A stretch of 64,000 nucleotides of DNA, from positions 34,412,001 to 34,476,000 of the forward strand of contig NW_024704743.1 of assembly GCF_018977255.1 (NCBI RefSeq). Reading direction: 5' to 3'. A program made the position numbers and the translations under genes. The notes below the pieces were generated by a model. It was not told where the DNA came from and did not search any database. It saw nothing but the letters and a program-made list of their open reading frames with translations. Shown here one piece after another: positions 47,301-62,300 of this stretch. Origin of the DNA: Callorhinchus milii (lineage: Eukaryota). Numbering within the stretch: position 1 is the stretch's first letter; every line of letters begins with the position of its first letter.

Positions 47301-50300
47301 TCCCTCTACCCCAAAAATGACTGCTGAGCCTTCAGCCATTATACCTCTAATCTCTGCAGCTCCCTTCTTAAATCCACCTCTTCTGTTTCTTTGAAAGTCA
47401 CCAGAAACCTACCTGTTTTCTTCTGTGTATGATTACCTCCCTCCTCCAACCTCCATGCTCATTGTCTACCCATCTTTGTAAAGCCCTTTAGACATTACCC
47501 TACTTGAAAGCCATTATATAAATCCAAGTTTGGTGCATTTGTGTTTTTTTCCAGAAAGAAACTGGATAGTTTTGTTCTTGAAAGCTCACCGGACTCAATG
47601 TAAGCAGGTTAAGTGGATTTAAGTGAAGACATTTTCTAATGTTGTGTGGTTACCTAGGTCGACTATGTTCTTTTACATTTAGAAATGGCTGAATAGTTTA
47701 GTACAGGTGGACATCATGGTTGGGATGAGAGGATGGTAGAGTAGGTGTTCTAGAGGGATAAGATTAGATGAGCCAAAGGCTGCTTTCTTCCAGCACTTGT
47801 AATCTTGTGAAGGAGTTGAGAAGAAGACTAAAGAAATCAAATAATGGCTAAGGGATGCCAAGCTTAGATTTTAAATTTCCAGGTTGTAGAAGGAAGGGAG
47901 GACCAAGAGGTAATGAATTCTGCAGTTTTTAGGTTTTGGAAAGGAATGCAATGCAGAATGAGATTGTGTGGTGTTTTCACTTTGATATAAGATACAAGAA
48001 TAACCTGGCGGGTGGTGTACACAGCTTGGGAGGAAAATTGAGAGGAGCAAGGATAGAGAATATGAAGGTCCTCCTGATGTGAATGGCACTATACAAATGT
48101 AATTTGTTGTTGTTGCAACAGTGAGGGTGGAAATGAGAGAAAGATCAATTATTAGACAAATCTTTATTTCCATTTCATCTGTTTAAGTGTAGCGCCAGTC
48201 CTAGAAATTGAATGTTGCTTATCCCTTATTGACAATCTATCTTCCTGTTACCTTTGCGTCTGGACTAAAAGTTTCTCAAATTCATTTTGTGTTATGAAAG
48301 GAGTCATTTTCTTGCCAGATGTCAATCTTGTTTTAAACTGTATAATTGTAGATCCACAAGCGAAAAGAAAACTGTTTGGAAAGAAAAATTCTGCAGTTAG
48401 CACTGTCAGAAATGAGTATGTAATTCTTTATTCAGTTCTTTACTGAAAGGATTTAATTGTAACATTCTTTGTGCAGCTAAGGAAAGCAAAATATTCCAGT
48501 ATAAGCAGATTATAAAGCTTTTTGTTATATTAAGGGACAGTGTGAGGTGGAACTCATTTTAGCAACCCCATTAGTGGCCCCGATGGAGCAAACCTACAAG
48601 TGTGAGAGGTGTGGGGAAGTAGAGAAGAGGCAGCAATGATACCTCAGCAAAACTAGAATGGAGAACGCACTTGCCCACCTTGCTTGATTCACAATGATTT
48701 TCAGATGCTATTGGAAAGGACAATATCTGATGAGGTAAATCAGCTCAAGGTCTGGTTCTGCTCAAAAAAAGCTTTATGAGGTAAATAAGTCCTTGCACAG
48801 GGAATGTTTGTTATGAAACCATTGTAAGACCTGTTACATTGCCAAGGGAATCGCAACTTCCTAAGCTCTCTCTCTTCCTCCCTACCAGACCACCCCCATC
48901 ACCCCCTGGCCAGTCCTCCTTCTTTCTGGGCTGATATTAGTTGGGCATGTTTTTCCATAGCTTCCATGGTTCCAAAGTTAGTTCTATTGATCAAAAAAAC
49001 TTGGGGTAGATTTCAGTAAACAATTGTATATAACCGAGTAGGGCAAGATCTAATGAAAATGACCACAAAAATCTGACAAAACAATATCAGATGAATGGTC
49101 TTTGGTCCAATTATACAGGGAAGCTAAACATCTCTCAAAAAAATAAAGAAAATTGTACACTATTTGTATTTATCAATGTGTGAGGTCGCTATTTACCTTT
49201 TGACAGTCTTGTTTTGTATATAATCTTTATGTTGACTTGCTACATTGCTGTAACGTTTTCATGATCTTGTTTTCAGAAGGACTGCAACTACAAATAAACA
49301 AAGGGACAGGAAACAAAGGGTAAAATGAACGGATGAATGATTTACAAAAGTTAAACTTGTTGAAATAATCCTAGAAAATCGTGTTTCTTATTAAAATTGG
49401 CAAATTATGCACCTCAAATCTTTTGCATATTTTAGATTAACTATTATTCAGTTCTGGGTTGATATTTAAACATACACAAGAAATGCCAAGCATTAGATGT
49501 GTTGATTTTGTGAATTATTTAAGCCATGAACATGCATATTATTGTTTGGGATTAAAAAGCAGTTTGTCTCAGTATTCTCCCAATGTGAAAGACCCTCTGT
49601 AAATTTGTTGTAGAATTTTCAGTATTGAGTTAGGCAATTTATGTTGGGTCAGTGCTCATTAAGATCCCAAAACTCATTTCACTTTGGGCTGTTTTAGGTA
49701 GATAAAAGGCATACGTTTCAGCATTAATCTTGGCTTCCCTCTAAACTCAGTCCCGGAGATGGACGTCTGATGGGTTAACATATCTTTATTTTGCCAAAAA
49801 ACGGTTGGGGGATTTCAAGGAATTAACCAAGCGTGTTTTTGTTAAATTTCCGCGAATTTGTTTCACCGTTAACTTGTGTTCAATCTCAAATCTACCTCTG
49901 CACTAAATGTAGCACAAATAAATTGCAGATTTTTAAATAAATATTATGCTTTTTATTTTAAAACCACCTTGTAATTTCAGCATCAAAGAAGTGGTCCTAA
50001 GAAATATCTATTTTCTGGCACCAGTGAAGATTTGAGCAATGAAGGAAGTGACCAAAGCTGGGTTCCAAATTCCCAAATGAAAAGTACTCAGAAAATTAGG
50101 AACTACGCTAGAATTAAAAAAGAGAAAAACACACCCTTGAGAGGTTTGCCTGGTTCTTCAATGTATCTATTCATATTGGTCTTCACCACATTTGTTTGCT
50201 AATAACACACCTTTTTCTGTTTCTTTCTCCATAAGTTTTACCATTCTTATTTGAGTCCAGTGAAAATGAGGAGGAAACAAAAGCGGTAAGAATAATTTTT

Positions 50301-53300
50301 TTTTAATAATAATAATAATCTTTGTATTTGATATATAGCGCTTTTTACATGTCTTCTAGACCTCTCAAAGCTCTTCACAGAATATACTGTAAAATGAATT
50401 GACTGTATATTTGTGGGCGAAACGCGACAGCCAATGGTGCACAGCAGTGTCCCACAAACAGTTGTGGATTGAAGTGACCAATTTATTATTTTTTTCTTGA
50501 GGGATTATTATCAGGTACGTGGAGTAAGGAAACTTGCCTAAGGTTTCACCCTGCCAGGAATCAAACCCAGGTCTCTCGCTTGCAAGGCGAGTGCTCTAAC
50601 CACTGAGCTACAGAAATAAATTTATAAGAATAGGTTTCTCCATTCTCCATGTGAAAGTTCTTTGAGGCACGAACCAAAGGGTTTAATCACCTTCAACAAA
50701 TCTTATCATTGATCATTGTGTGTCAGCTTGGCTCAGTTATTACATTCTCACCTCCAAGTCAAGAAGGTTGTGGGTTGAAGCCCAGATTGGGACTTAGAAC
50801 TCATTTGTTGTAGTCTGACATTCAAATGCAGTGCTGGGGGTGATCTTCGTTGTTGGAGGTTCAGTCCTTTGAATGAGATGTTAATCCGAGCTCCCCTCTG
50901 CCTGTTTAGGTTGATGTTAAAGATTCTGTGATCACGCCCAAAAAGAAAAGGGAGTTTCTCCTGTCCTGGTCAACAAAGTATCTCCCACCCGCCCCCCCAA
51001 AGCATGTTTAAATGTGAAAGCAGCATGTAACTGAGGAGGCAAAGAGTGTGTAGAAGGCCAAAGCTAGCTGAGTGAAGGGGATGGTAGAGGAGTGGGGTGT
51101 AAGAAGGCTGGAGAGGTAGAGAGATGCTATGAAGTGATTTTACTTGAGATTGAGGAACTTGAAATCGATTTGTTCTACAAGAGAGACGGGCAAGGATATT
51201 GGGGATGCAGAGTTTGGTACTGGTGAGTGGAGTTTTGAATTGATTAGATTTATGAATGATGGTGCTAGGAAGACCTACAAGGAGAGCATTGGAAACATTT
51301 AAGATGGGAAGTGATGAAAGCTTGGATAAGGATTTCAGCTGTGTTGGGTATGAGGTTTGCTTGGAGGTGAGCATTGAGGTGGAGGAAAGGTAATGAGGAA
51401 ATGTCATAAAAGCACTGAATACCTGCCATGTATTTTTAATGTTTTAATTTACCAGTGGGATTTCGCAACCTCATTTAGTATTAAATTGGTCATGATAACT
51501 TTGTTTCAAGGTAACTGGAAGAAGGCGACGAAAAATTACTATAGAAAAGCAGCGGATGACTTGGCCTGGACCAAAGCTTTGGGACCAGTCAGATTTACAA
51601 TCGTCAGTTTCTGCGGTGAAACCCAGGAATACCAAATGTAACTTTGAAATGTTTCATAATAATAATAATCCTTGAATTTGATATAGTGCTTTTCATGTCT
51701 TCTAGACGTCTCAAAGCGCTTCACAGAATATACTGTAAAGTGAATTGACTGTATATTTGTGGGTGAAACATGGCAGCCAATTGCGCACAGCAGTGTCCCA
51801 CAAACAGTCATGGATTGAAGTGACCAAATTATTATTTTTTTTTTCTTGAGGGATTATTATCAGGTACGTGGAGTAAGGAAACTTGCCCAGGGTTTCGCCC
51901 TGCCAGGAATCAAACCCATGTCTCTCGCGTGTGAGGCGAGTGCTCTAACCCCTGAGTTACAGGACTCCACTAACAAAATGGCAATTCATCATATTTTAAA
52001 CTTGATTGATGACTTCATGTTATTTTACCATTTTTTGTTTGTTCTAAAGCCTCAACGCTTGGCCCACCGTAATCTTGCCTCTAATTCAGACTGTTTTCCA
52101 ACATTTGTTTTCATTTAGTGGGTTCTGTTGTACACCTTCATATTGTAAAATGTATGCAATTATATAAGCACACACCAAAAACAATTGCTAGTGTTCACTG
52201 GTGCAACACGGATTAGTTGGGTTGAATGGCCTATTTCTGCACTGTACAATCTCTGTACAGTTTCCCATAAGAAAATTTTCAATAGTGAATCGAGAACAGT
52301 GTTTGAATTATCATTTCTTTTTGCTGCAAATTCTAATTTGTCTACTATATTTTCAGCTATAAAGATGGAAGCAGCATTGGCATCCATTCCTACTCCGCCA
52401 TCTACTCAAAAGGTAGCCAATTTTAGGAATTCATTTTCATTATTTGCTACGTAATGATGCAGTAACTTGAAACTGTAGGATAATATTTCAGAACTGCCAT
52501 TGTGGGCTTGTACATTTAAAACCATTGTGGCTTGTGCAGCATCATTAACCACTCCAACTTAATCCCGCAGACACAGGAACTGGAAAAGTTGTCTTCTTGG
52601 GAAATGCAGATGGAAGTGAATAAATCAATGGGATGTGATGGTTTCATTGCAGTTAGGGAAGTGAATACCATCCATGGAAAGAAATTTCCTCCCATCCCTC
52701 TACACTGCCCTGGAGTCATCTGAACTCCTACACCTCTGGCCCTCATTGACTAGTCTCCCCTCCTCACTTTCCTTTCTCCACAACTCCCTCTCCTCAATTC
52801 TGGACTCCCTTGCCTCCCTCACCTCCTGAACTGCCTCATACTCCCGTAAATCCCCCTGGTACACCAGCCATCTCCGTTCCCTCAAGGCACAAGTGCGAGC
52901 TGCTGAATACGCCTAGACCAAATCCAAACTAACGGTCCATCGGTAGATTTAGCTTCACCTCACCAAGATCTACCGCTGCGCACTTGCCTCTGTCAAATCA
53001 TCATTCTATTCCAAAGTTATCTTGGAGGCAAAAGACAACCCCAGGCTTCTCTTTTCCACCACAACCGTCTCCTCCGTCCACCTTCCCATACCTCGCCCAT
53101 CCTCTCCTCAAACTCCAACTGTGAGGAGATGCTGGACTTCCTCGAATCTAAAATCGAGGGGATACATTCAGCCACCTCAGCCCTGTCCACAGCCACTCCC
53201 ACGTCACCTCTCCCTCCTGACCCAACCCCCCACCCATCCCCCCATACTCCTTCGACCCTATCTCTCTCTCCTCCCTCACCACGACTGTCCGCAAACTCAA

Positions 53301-56300
53301 ACCCACCACCTGCTCCCTCGATCCCATCTCTCTCCTCGTCTCCCAGCTCCACCTTCTAGCCCCTTTCCTGTCCAATATCATCACCCCCATCTTGAAAAAA
53401 CGTTCCTGGACCCATCCCTCCTCTCCAACTACCGCCCCATCTCTAACCTCCCATTCCTCTCCAAGGTCCTGGAATGAGTCATCGCATCCCAGCTCCGCTC
53501 TTTCCCTCCATTCCCTCTTTGAACCCCTCCACTCCAGCTTCTGCACTGCCCACAGCACAGAAACAGCCCTGGTCAAAGTCACTAATGACATTCTGAACAT
53601 CTGTGATCAGGGCTCCCTCTGCCTCCTTGTCCTCTTCGACCTCTCTGCCGCCTTCGAACTGTCGACCACTCCATCCTCATACACTGCCTTTCCGCTTTAC
53701 TCAATCTTCGCGGACCTGCCCTTGCCTGGATCGAATCCTATCTCTCTCACCATCTCCACTATGTTGTCTCTTAACGGTTTCTCCTCCAGCCCCCGCACTG
53801 TCACGTCTGGCGTCCCTCAGGGCTCTGTCCTTGGCCCTCTCCCCTTTAATATCTACATGCTCTCCCTTGGTGACATCATCCACAGACATGGGGTCAACTT
53901 CCATATGTATGCAGATGACAGCCATCTCTCTGCCTCCACCCTCAACTCCAGGACCACTGCTGTCCCAACAGACTGCCTGTCGGACATCAAGTCCTGGATG
54001 AGAGGAAATTTCCTACAGTTGAATGTGAACAAGACTGAGGCCCTCCTGATTGGCTCGCGTCAGCACCTCAGACTCTGGCAGCATCAACCTCCATGGTTGC
54101 GCACTTCAACTCACCAAGCCATCAGGAACCTAGGTGTTTTGTTCGACCCTCAACTGTCTTCTTCCCCGCATTCAAGCCATGAGCCACTCTGCCTTCCCTC
54201 ACCTCTGTAACATCGCCCGACTCCGCCACTACCTCACCCCTCACGCCACTGAAACTCTTGTTCATGCCTTCATCACCTCCAGGTTCGACTATGCAAATGC
54301 CCTGCTTGTCGGCCTTCCCAAATCCTCCCTCCACAGGCTGCAGATAATCCAGAACTCTGCAGCCCGTGTCCTCTCCCGCACCAAACTCCGTAACCCCATC
54401 TCCCCCATTCTCGCCCAACTCCATTGGCTCCCTAACCTTCAGAGGATCCAGTTCAAGATTCTGGTCCTCACCTACAAAGCCCTCCATGGCCTTGCCCCAC
54501 CCTACCTCTGCGACCTCCTAATCCCCTACCAACCTGCCCGTTCCCTCCGTTCAGCTGGCTCTGGCCTGCTCCACGTCCCCCGACCCACTCACCCCACCAT
54601 TGGCGGGAGAGCCTTCAGCCACTCTGGTCCCAACCTCTGGAATTCCATCCCCCAGTCACTCTGCCTCGCCCACTCCTTAGCCTCCTTCAAGTCCCGCCTC
54701 AAGACCCTCCTCTTTGACCATGCCATCAGCCACCCCACTTCCCCTCCCCTCCCTTCTCCCCCCACTGACCCCCGCTTGGGTCTGAAATGCTGTACACTGT
54801 CCAATGCCTTGGGATGTCTTCCCGACGTGAAAGGCGCTATACAATTGTGATTTTGTTGTTGTTGAATGGAAGTAAGATGGTTTGAATAGTGGGTATGGTG
54901 GAAGTCTTGTGCTTAATTGCCTTTCAGAATCAGGGATAGAATCAGGGGAGAGATTGAGTGCATGGACAGACTTTGATGGTCTTTTGCTGTTCCTTGTTAC
55001 ATAAGGTTATTTCCAGCTACATCTACAAAGGTAACTTATCAGATGTCTGTGAAATCAAAATTCCAATGTATTCTTTGGAAAGGTCCAATGTTTTCAGGGT
55101 ACTAGCTTAAAAAAAGGTATTTTGAACAATAATTTTGAAGCGTGTTTAATTAAAAATTTAATAATATCATTACAACTTGTGCTTAGTACATTCAGCGTGC
55201 CATCTGTCTAACAGGAGTGCTTCTTTCTAGGGAAATTCTTCCTCAGCTAAATCTACCAAGCACATAGCTGAAAATGAACAGTATCTAACAAATGAGTACA
55301 TACCAGGTATGTGAAGAAAAGTATGTGTGTGAGAACAGCTATAAAGTTTGGAGTTGAAAAGAAATGTTAACAGGAGATGAATGGGAAGAATCCCTGCTTC
55401 CATGTTCTGCTGATGAGCCAGGCTGGCTGGTCTTCCATCAGCAGTGCCATGGAGTACTGCAGACCCATCTGGCATGACTACTGAAACTGCCACAGAGGTT
55501 TGGCTCACTTTTGATATTCCTTTGCCAAGGATATCACCAATTATCTCCCCCCACTATGAACTTTAATTGTAATGACATTTCCCCACTTATACAATGCTCT
55601 TATGTAATTCCCTGAGGAATTTTTCAAGACATCCATAAAGTGAACAAAATGCAAGATACTGCAGATGGAGGAGGCGAAAGGTACTTCAACTCTCCCTCGC
55701 ACTTGCATGCTGACCGCTCCATCCACAATTTCCTACCATGTTCCAATGAGCCACAGCACAAGCTTGAAGAACAACACCTAATTTATCTGCTGGGGACCTT
55801 ACAACCCTCTGGCCTCAATATTGATTTCAACAATTTCAGACCACCTTCCCTCTTCTGTGACCATTACCACATTATTATTCATCTTGGTCCCAGACATACA
55901 TTTTCTCTTTCTGGTTTGTCTATTTTGTGGCAATCCTCCCCCACGCCCCCCTTTGTGGAGTCTTGTAGCTCAGTGGTTAGAGCAGTCGCCTTGCAAGCAA
56001 GATACCTGGGTTCAATTCCAGGCAGAGGGCGAAACCTTGGACAAGTTTTCTTACTCCACACGCCTAATAATAATCCCTACAAAACAATAATAAATTGGTC
56101 ATTTTCAATCCACGACTGTTTGTAGGACATGTTGTGCACCATTGGCTGTCGTGTTTCACTCACAAATATACGGTTAATTCACTTACAGTCTATTCTGTGA
56201 AGCGCTTTAAGACGTTGAGAAGATGTGAAAAGTGCTATATGAAATGCAAGGATTATTATTATTGTTCTGCAGTATTAATACCTCTGTTCCCTGTTTCATT

Positions 56301-59300
56301 GAAATCGCCACCTTTGTTTTGCATCATTCACACCTCTTCAACCCATCATCCCCATCCTCTAACCCATTTTTTCCTTTGTCTTCCTTGCCCTGCCTCCCCC
56401 CTCTCTATCAGCCCTTAAAAGCCTCTCCCTCCCAACATGCCCCAGTTCTGACAAAGGATCGTGGACTCACTTTCCTTTCTCCATAGATGCTGCCTGACCT
56501 ACTGAGTGTTCTCAGCGTCTTCTGTTTTTGATCCATAAAATGAACCTGGACCTACTGCAGTTAAATAATATCCTCCTGAAGTTCACTTCAATGATGCTCC
56601 ACAATTGATTTGGAAATTGTGCCCATATAACTAAGCATGGCTGATCTCCAGGATGTTTATTTCCCCCTTTTCTGCCAATAACACAGAGTCTACCAATGGA
56701 GCATGCTCCAGTTTGCCTCAAGTTAGAATCTAGGAATCTCGCCAAACCTTTCCCTCCCTTCATCTTATCCTGTATACAGCCTTCCTCCTCATTTTCCTGC
56801 TTGAAGAAATAATATTCCATGCATTTGATATAGCACCTTATTAAAAAGTCAAAGTGCTCAAAGGATTTACTATCAAATGTAATGACTCTGTACTTGTAAA
56901 TAAACACTGTGGACAATTTGCACAGAACAAACTCCCACAAACACCCATAAAGTGAAAGATTACTTTTTATTTGAGGGAGTCTTGGCCTGGACACAGGAGT
57001 TCTTTTCCTGTTCTTTTTGAGCTCTATCATGGAATCCTTACAAGGCAGACTGGGCCTTGGTTTAACTTCTCATCCGAAGTACAACATGGGCCATGTTGCA
57101 GAGACCTGATTTCACAACAGGAAACTCAGAAATTCCAGATCTATCAGGCTTCCAAGCATTGCCCAGTCAGTGAGTTCTTTTTGTGTAATACCTGCAACAA
57201 ATTCATAATCCAGCAAGTACAAAATTGAGAACCAGGCTTGGAATTGTTCATAACACGATTACACATGTTCAGTAACCCTTCAAAATCGGTTGTCCCAAGT
57301 AAGAACACAAATTTTTTGTTGTAAATTACATTAGCTACATTAAAAAACCTCATCAACTCACCAGTGGGACTTAATATCCTGCCTAATTGCCATTTAATTG
57401 ATCATACTCAGTGCAATAAGTAACTTTTCTACATAAGGAGCATGTATGAGGATGAAATGGAAGAGGTTGCCTAATTATAAGAAAACTGGGTAGGGAAATA
57501 CTGCAGTTTGAGTGAATTTTAAACTTTCATATACTTGAGGATCAATATTTATTTTATTTTTTAAAAAAGTAAATCAAATATACTTATCAATTGTTTTTGT
57601 ATTTACAGATAAGGATTTCACTGCACAAGTCTCTACAAACAAACCCTCAAAAAGGCGATATAGCAACATGAACAGCAGTTACACGGATATGGGTGAAGAT
57701 ATCGAGTCCCCATTTTTACACTTGAAACCAAAAAGGTTGTTTAGCTTAGCTGAGAACTTGCAAACACCGGAAGGTGAAACTTCTCCTTTGAAAGGTACAT
57801 TTAAAGGAATAGTCCAGGATAATGCTGTAGCCCCCAAGTTTCTGATTTTTGGGTACATAAAGCACTCTATCTACTACATCTTCACCGAAGCTTTATTTCT
57901 TTAAACCAAGATCTCGAATAGCATATGATTCTGATCGTTGTACCACAAGTGGGAACAGGTTACTAAGAAAGGTGGTGGAGACCAGAATACTGGACTTGAA
58001 TCATTTTAAAAATAAGCTTGATGTTGTTATGGATAGGTTGGTATTTGGAAGGATGAGATGAAATGAGCCAAAAGGGCTTTCTTCATCGAACTTCTTGTGA
58101 TTTTGTTGTGATGATCTCTTTCTTCCCATTGTAGCTGTAACATGTTTGATTTGCTGAGGTTGTGTACTATTTTGAGTGAGAAAAGTGAAACATTTTCTTT
58201 TATGAACCAGAAGCAGACGAAAGTATGCTGTTAAATGAAAGTACACAATCTGACATGGATGAAGATGATGGCATCCGTGCTGCATTTCAGAATTTCACTG
58301 AAGAAATGAGAAACAAATTGAAGGTAAACTTATTCCATTGATCATTCAGCAAAGAGTTTAAGGTGCATCTTTGAACATTGCTTTTTGTCCTTATTTTAGT
58401 ATGAATGTTCTGATCAGGGAGTGCATTATTCAAATATGTTTGTTCTAGTTTCATTACAGGGAAATGGAACAGCACACTCAACATATCCAGCAAACCACTG
58501 AACAGAAAGTATCAGGGCTGCTAAATCAGATTCACAATTACAGGTCTGAATCCATCACTTCTTTCTTAAACATGGAGTGGTACAGCAACAACTGGAACGA
58601 AATATTCTATGATGAAGCCAAACGGGCTACATTCCCATTTTGACTACCCAGTGTCTGCTTCAATCACTACCAAGTTCAGTGTAGCAGACAAATACAGTGA
58701 AAGATGCAGAGCAAGGCTATCTTTATTCCACTCCATCAATGCAGTTGCTATCTTTATTCCACTCCATCAATTTGTTTGATGCAAATCTCATTCGTAGTAA
58801 TGCCCTAGTGCAATATAAAACATATGAAACACATTCAGTAAGGTTGTACTGGATTGGAAAAGATAATTGCTTCAAAGCCTTTTTTAAGTAAAATAACAGA
58901 AACCTACACTATTTCTCGATCAGTTTCTTTACGAAATAGCTTTAATGCCCTCTTAAATTTATTGATACAATCTGTGTCCCTGAAAAGTATACTTCTCATA
59001 TTCACCGCCTCATGTGAAATGATTAAATGTGAGGTGCTTTTACACTTTCCTTCATTCAAGCTTGAGTCAGTGAATCCTTATTTGATAGTTGGAAACTATT
59101 TTACTTATTAAGATTCAGTTATACTTCAGAATGTTGAAACTTTCCTTGAGTTTTTAATGACACCATTCCAGCTTCCATAATCTCTGTCATAACTCTGGTG
59201 TCTAATTCCAGCTGTTAATTTGTTGCCCTTTGGTGTATCCTCTCCAATGTCTAGATATAGTAAGTAGGTATTTGGGGAGGACAAATTTGCAGGGCTGTGG

Positions 59301-62300
59301 GGAGAGCACGGGTGAGTGGGAATTAGTTGGACAGCTCTTTCAAAGCGCCCGAACGGACAAGATGAGCTGAATGGCCTCCTTCTATGCTGTATGATTCTAT
59401 GTTTTTACTGCAATATAATGGCCAGAATTGTACATGGTACTCCGGGTGGGGCCAATCCATTCCTTCTCAGTGCAAGTTCTGTATCAATTCCTCTGATGTG
59501 TATTCTGTTGACCTGCCTTGCATAAAGCAGTAAAGCTTTGGTTGAATTATTTCGTTTAACATTGGATTGATCCTAGCAGGTTGCAGAAATTGGAAACTTT
59601 TGAGAAGACGGTCATCCAGGAACTGAGGACCTTTGAGGAAGATGATCAAATTCTGAAAAACCTGGAAAAAGATACCATAGTGCGTCTTTGTTATGTATGA
59701 TTCTCCATATCTCCTCTTTATTTTTGCAGCATATTAAATTACTTTTTTCTTGAAAACTCCACAGAACTTTTGGAAGCAACAGTCCCTTAAAGTCTCATCA
59801 TTTTATGAATCGCAGGAGCAAAGGTGAGGCATGCCGGCTTATCCTGTAAAGTATATTTTATAAAGTTGTTTTGTAGGCTTTCATGATTTCACTGGCGTTA
59901 ATGGCAAAGTAGAGAGCTCGTGGGAGGTAGATCATAAGATGAAGACAAGACTCCTGCCAGCTGGTTCCAGTTTGGGTTATCTTGCTTAACCCAACTGTCT
60001 GTATAGAATTTGAAAGCTGGAGCAAAGGGAAAGTGACATTCTGTGTGAAGTAAAACTTCACACAACTAGTGATATTGTACTCCTAGCTTCTTTGATCATT
60101 AAGAATCATAAGAACTTTAGAAAGTGGAAATTTCGATCTTTGGTTTTGAACTGCAAAATATCTGGCGAGGCTTGTGAGACCATCTACGATTGCCTTGTGG
60201 CCTCTTGTACCAAGGAAACTTGCATTTTATACAAAAGAAACTTCCTTAAGTTCAATTGCAGGACCATTTTTGATGTACTGCCTCCCATCCAATTTCCTAT
60301 CAGTCATGAGATTGCCTCCAATTCAATGGGTTTTAATTTTAGCTAGTTATCTTATTCATTTTCTTCTAAAATTCAGATATAAATGTCAGCCATTGGTAAC
60401 TCCGTTATCACATCTGTAGTGCTATAAAATAATTCTTATCAGCTTTGTAAGACATGATGTACCTTTCACATCATGATGCTGGTTCTCCCTGATTAGCTCT
60501 ATTTTCCATTTTCTCTGTTATTCTATCCCTGACAATGAATTTTGGTAATTTGTACACAACTGTGCCAAACTAATTTCAACAAAAGCCTTAATGTTTTTTT
60601 CTTTTTCAGAATACAATCTCTATCCTCACACCGAAAAGATAAGCGAGTGGTATCTAAGGAAGCGTAACTACACTCAATTTGATTTTTTTTGAGACCCATA
60701 TGATCCTGACTATTGGTTATAATTTTCAAAGCCTCTGGTCTCAATATTGTAATCTCAAATACAGGACAGATTTCTCTCGGACTTTCAAGATTAGAAGAAT
60801 ATCTTCAGTTCTTTTCTATATTTTCTCTTCACTCAACTGAAAACAAGTGAATGTAATTCACATATTCAAAGAAAGAGGACAGAGTCATACCCAACAGCTA
60901 CAGATGTGTTAGTCTGCCCTCAATATGTGTTAATCTGAAACCAGTTGTAAAATGGGAAGTTACCTGTATGAAAATACTATTAAGTACTCTAATACTCTAA
61001 TAAAATGACAACCAATGCGACTTACAGATTTTTTTTGAGGATGTGACATCTGAGTGTGCAGCCATGTGATGTAGTCTACCTAGATTTCCAAAATGTCCCT
61101 GAGACGTACCATATGAGACTGTTTTAAATGTTGATGTCACTGGGAATCGATGGTTAGACATGGCTTCATTGTGGCTAAAGGGAAAGACGCAAAGGGTTAG
61201 TCAACAATAACTTGCATTTATAAAGCTCCTAGGATTAAGTTAACAAGTGTGCTGCAAGAAGCATCACTTTGCTATTCTTACCTTCTATCGTTCTTGGAAT
61301 ATCAACACAATCTCGACCCGAAACTTCAAATATACATGGTAACTTTCACAGTATTTCACCAATCATCTACTTCACTCTTAGGATCTCATTAATTTAATAT
61401 CCTGTTTTATCTGAAGGGTTAGAGAGTTGAATCTAAACTATTGTCCTAAAATTCTACCATGGGATCTGAATTAGGTTTTGTAGACAGTTAATGTACTCAC
61501 AAAGTAAGACTTTTTTGTGAACAGGATTTTCTGACCTGAAAGATGGCAATATTGCTAGCTTCAGGTCTGTAAATCCACCTGATTTGCTTTGGTTTCTTGC
61601 TGAGAACTGTGCTCCATCTCCATCCTAAATTTCTGCCTGAGGTTATTTGTTCACTTCAACCTTTGTCAGGAGGTTGTTGTTCCTTTTTATTCCTGAGTTG
61701 AAAAGATTTCTTTGTGTATTCATTGCGTTGATGCTTAAATGGGTTTAGTGCATTAAGCTGATCGACCTAAATGACTGAGGGGCTCATGCTATTTGTTTTA
61801 TGTAGCCGAAGGCACTGTCTATATACACGAAGACTGATTCGATGAAAAGTTGAACACATTCTTCACTGTTGTGATCTTACAGATAGAACTCTGGCTGCAA
61901 TTTAGAGGAACTTTTCTGCATTCACCAAGTATATTCTGTGACGTACTTGGAGACATAGGAACATCGGAATTAGGAGGAGTAGGCCATTTGGCCCCTCGAG
62001 GCTGCCCCACCATTCATTAACATCATGGCTGATCTTCTAACCTAACTCCATCTGCCCGCCTTATCCCCATATCCCTTAATCCCTCTATCCTTTAGAAACC
62101 TATCAATCTCAGTCTTGAATATGTTCAAGGACTGAGAGTCTACCGCCTTCTGGGGTAGAGAATTCCATAAATTTACTATCCTCCGAGTGAACACGTATTG
62201 AGAGACGTCTCAATGATGTGAGAGTTCAGAACTTGTAATGGCATAGTGTAAGCTGACACTCCAATGCAGTACTGGAGGTGGGTTGCATTGTCAGATGGGC

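Noticed and set aside
45439..48351. Phase mismatches between central SYCP2L exons as further frameshifts
   Set aside because: The region is poorly conserved. Alternative boundaries or small exons (e.g. 45693-45735, from 48188) can reconcile phases, so lesions cannot be claimed.
49003..49898. GGGGTAGATTT...AAATCTACCTC ends as TIRs of an element enclosing an exon
   Set aside because: Only ~12 bp of imperfect match and no TSD; likely unrelated relic ends.
58716..58771. 25-bp direct duplication gctatctttattccactccatcaat
   Set aside because: Simple intronic slippage duplication; two copies only, not a CRISPR-like array.
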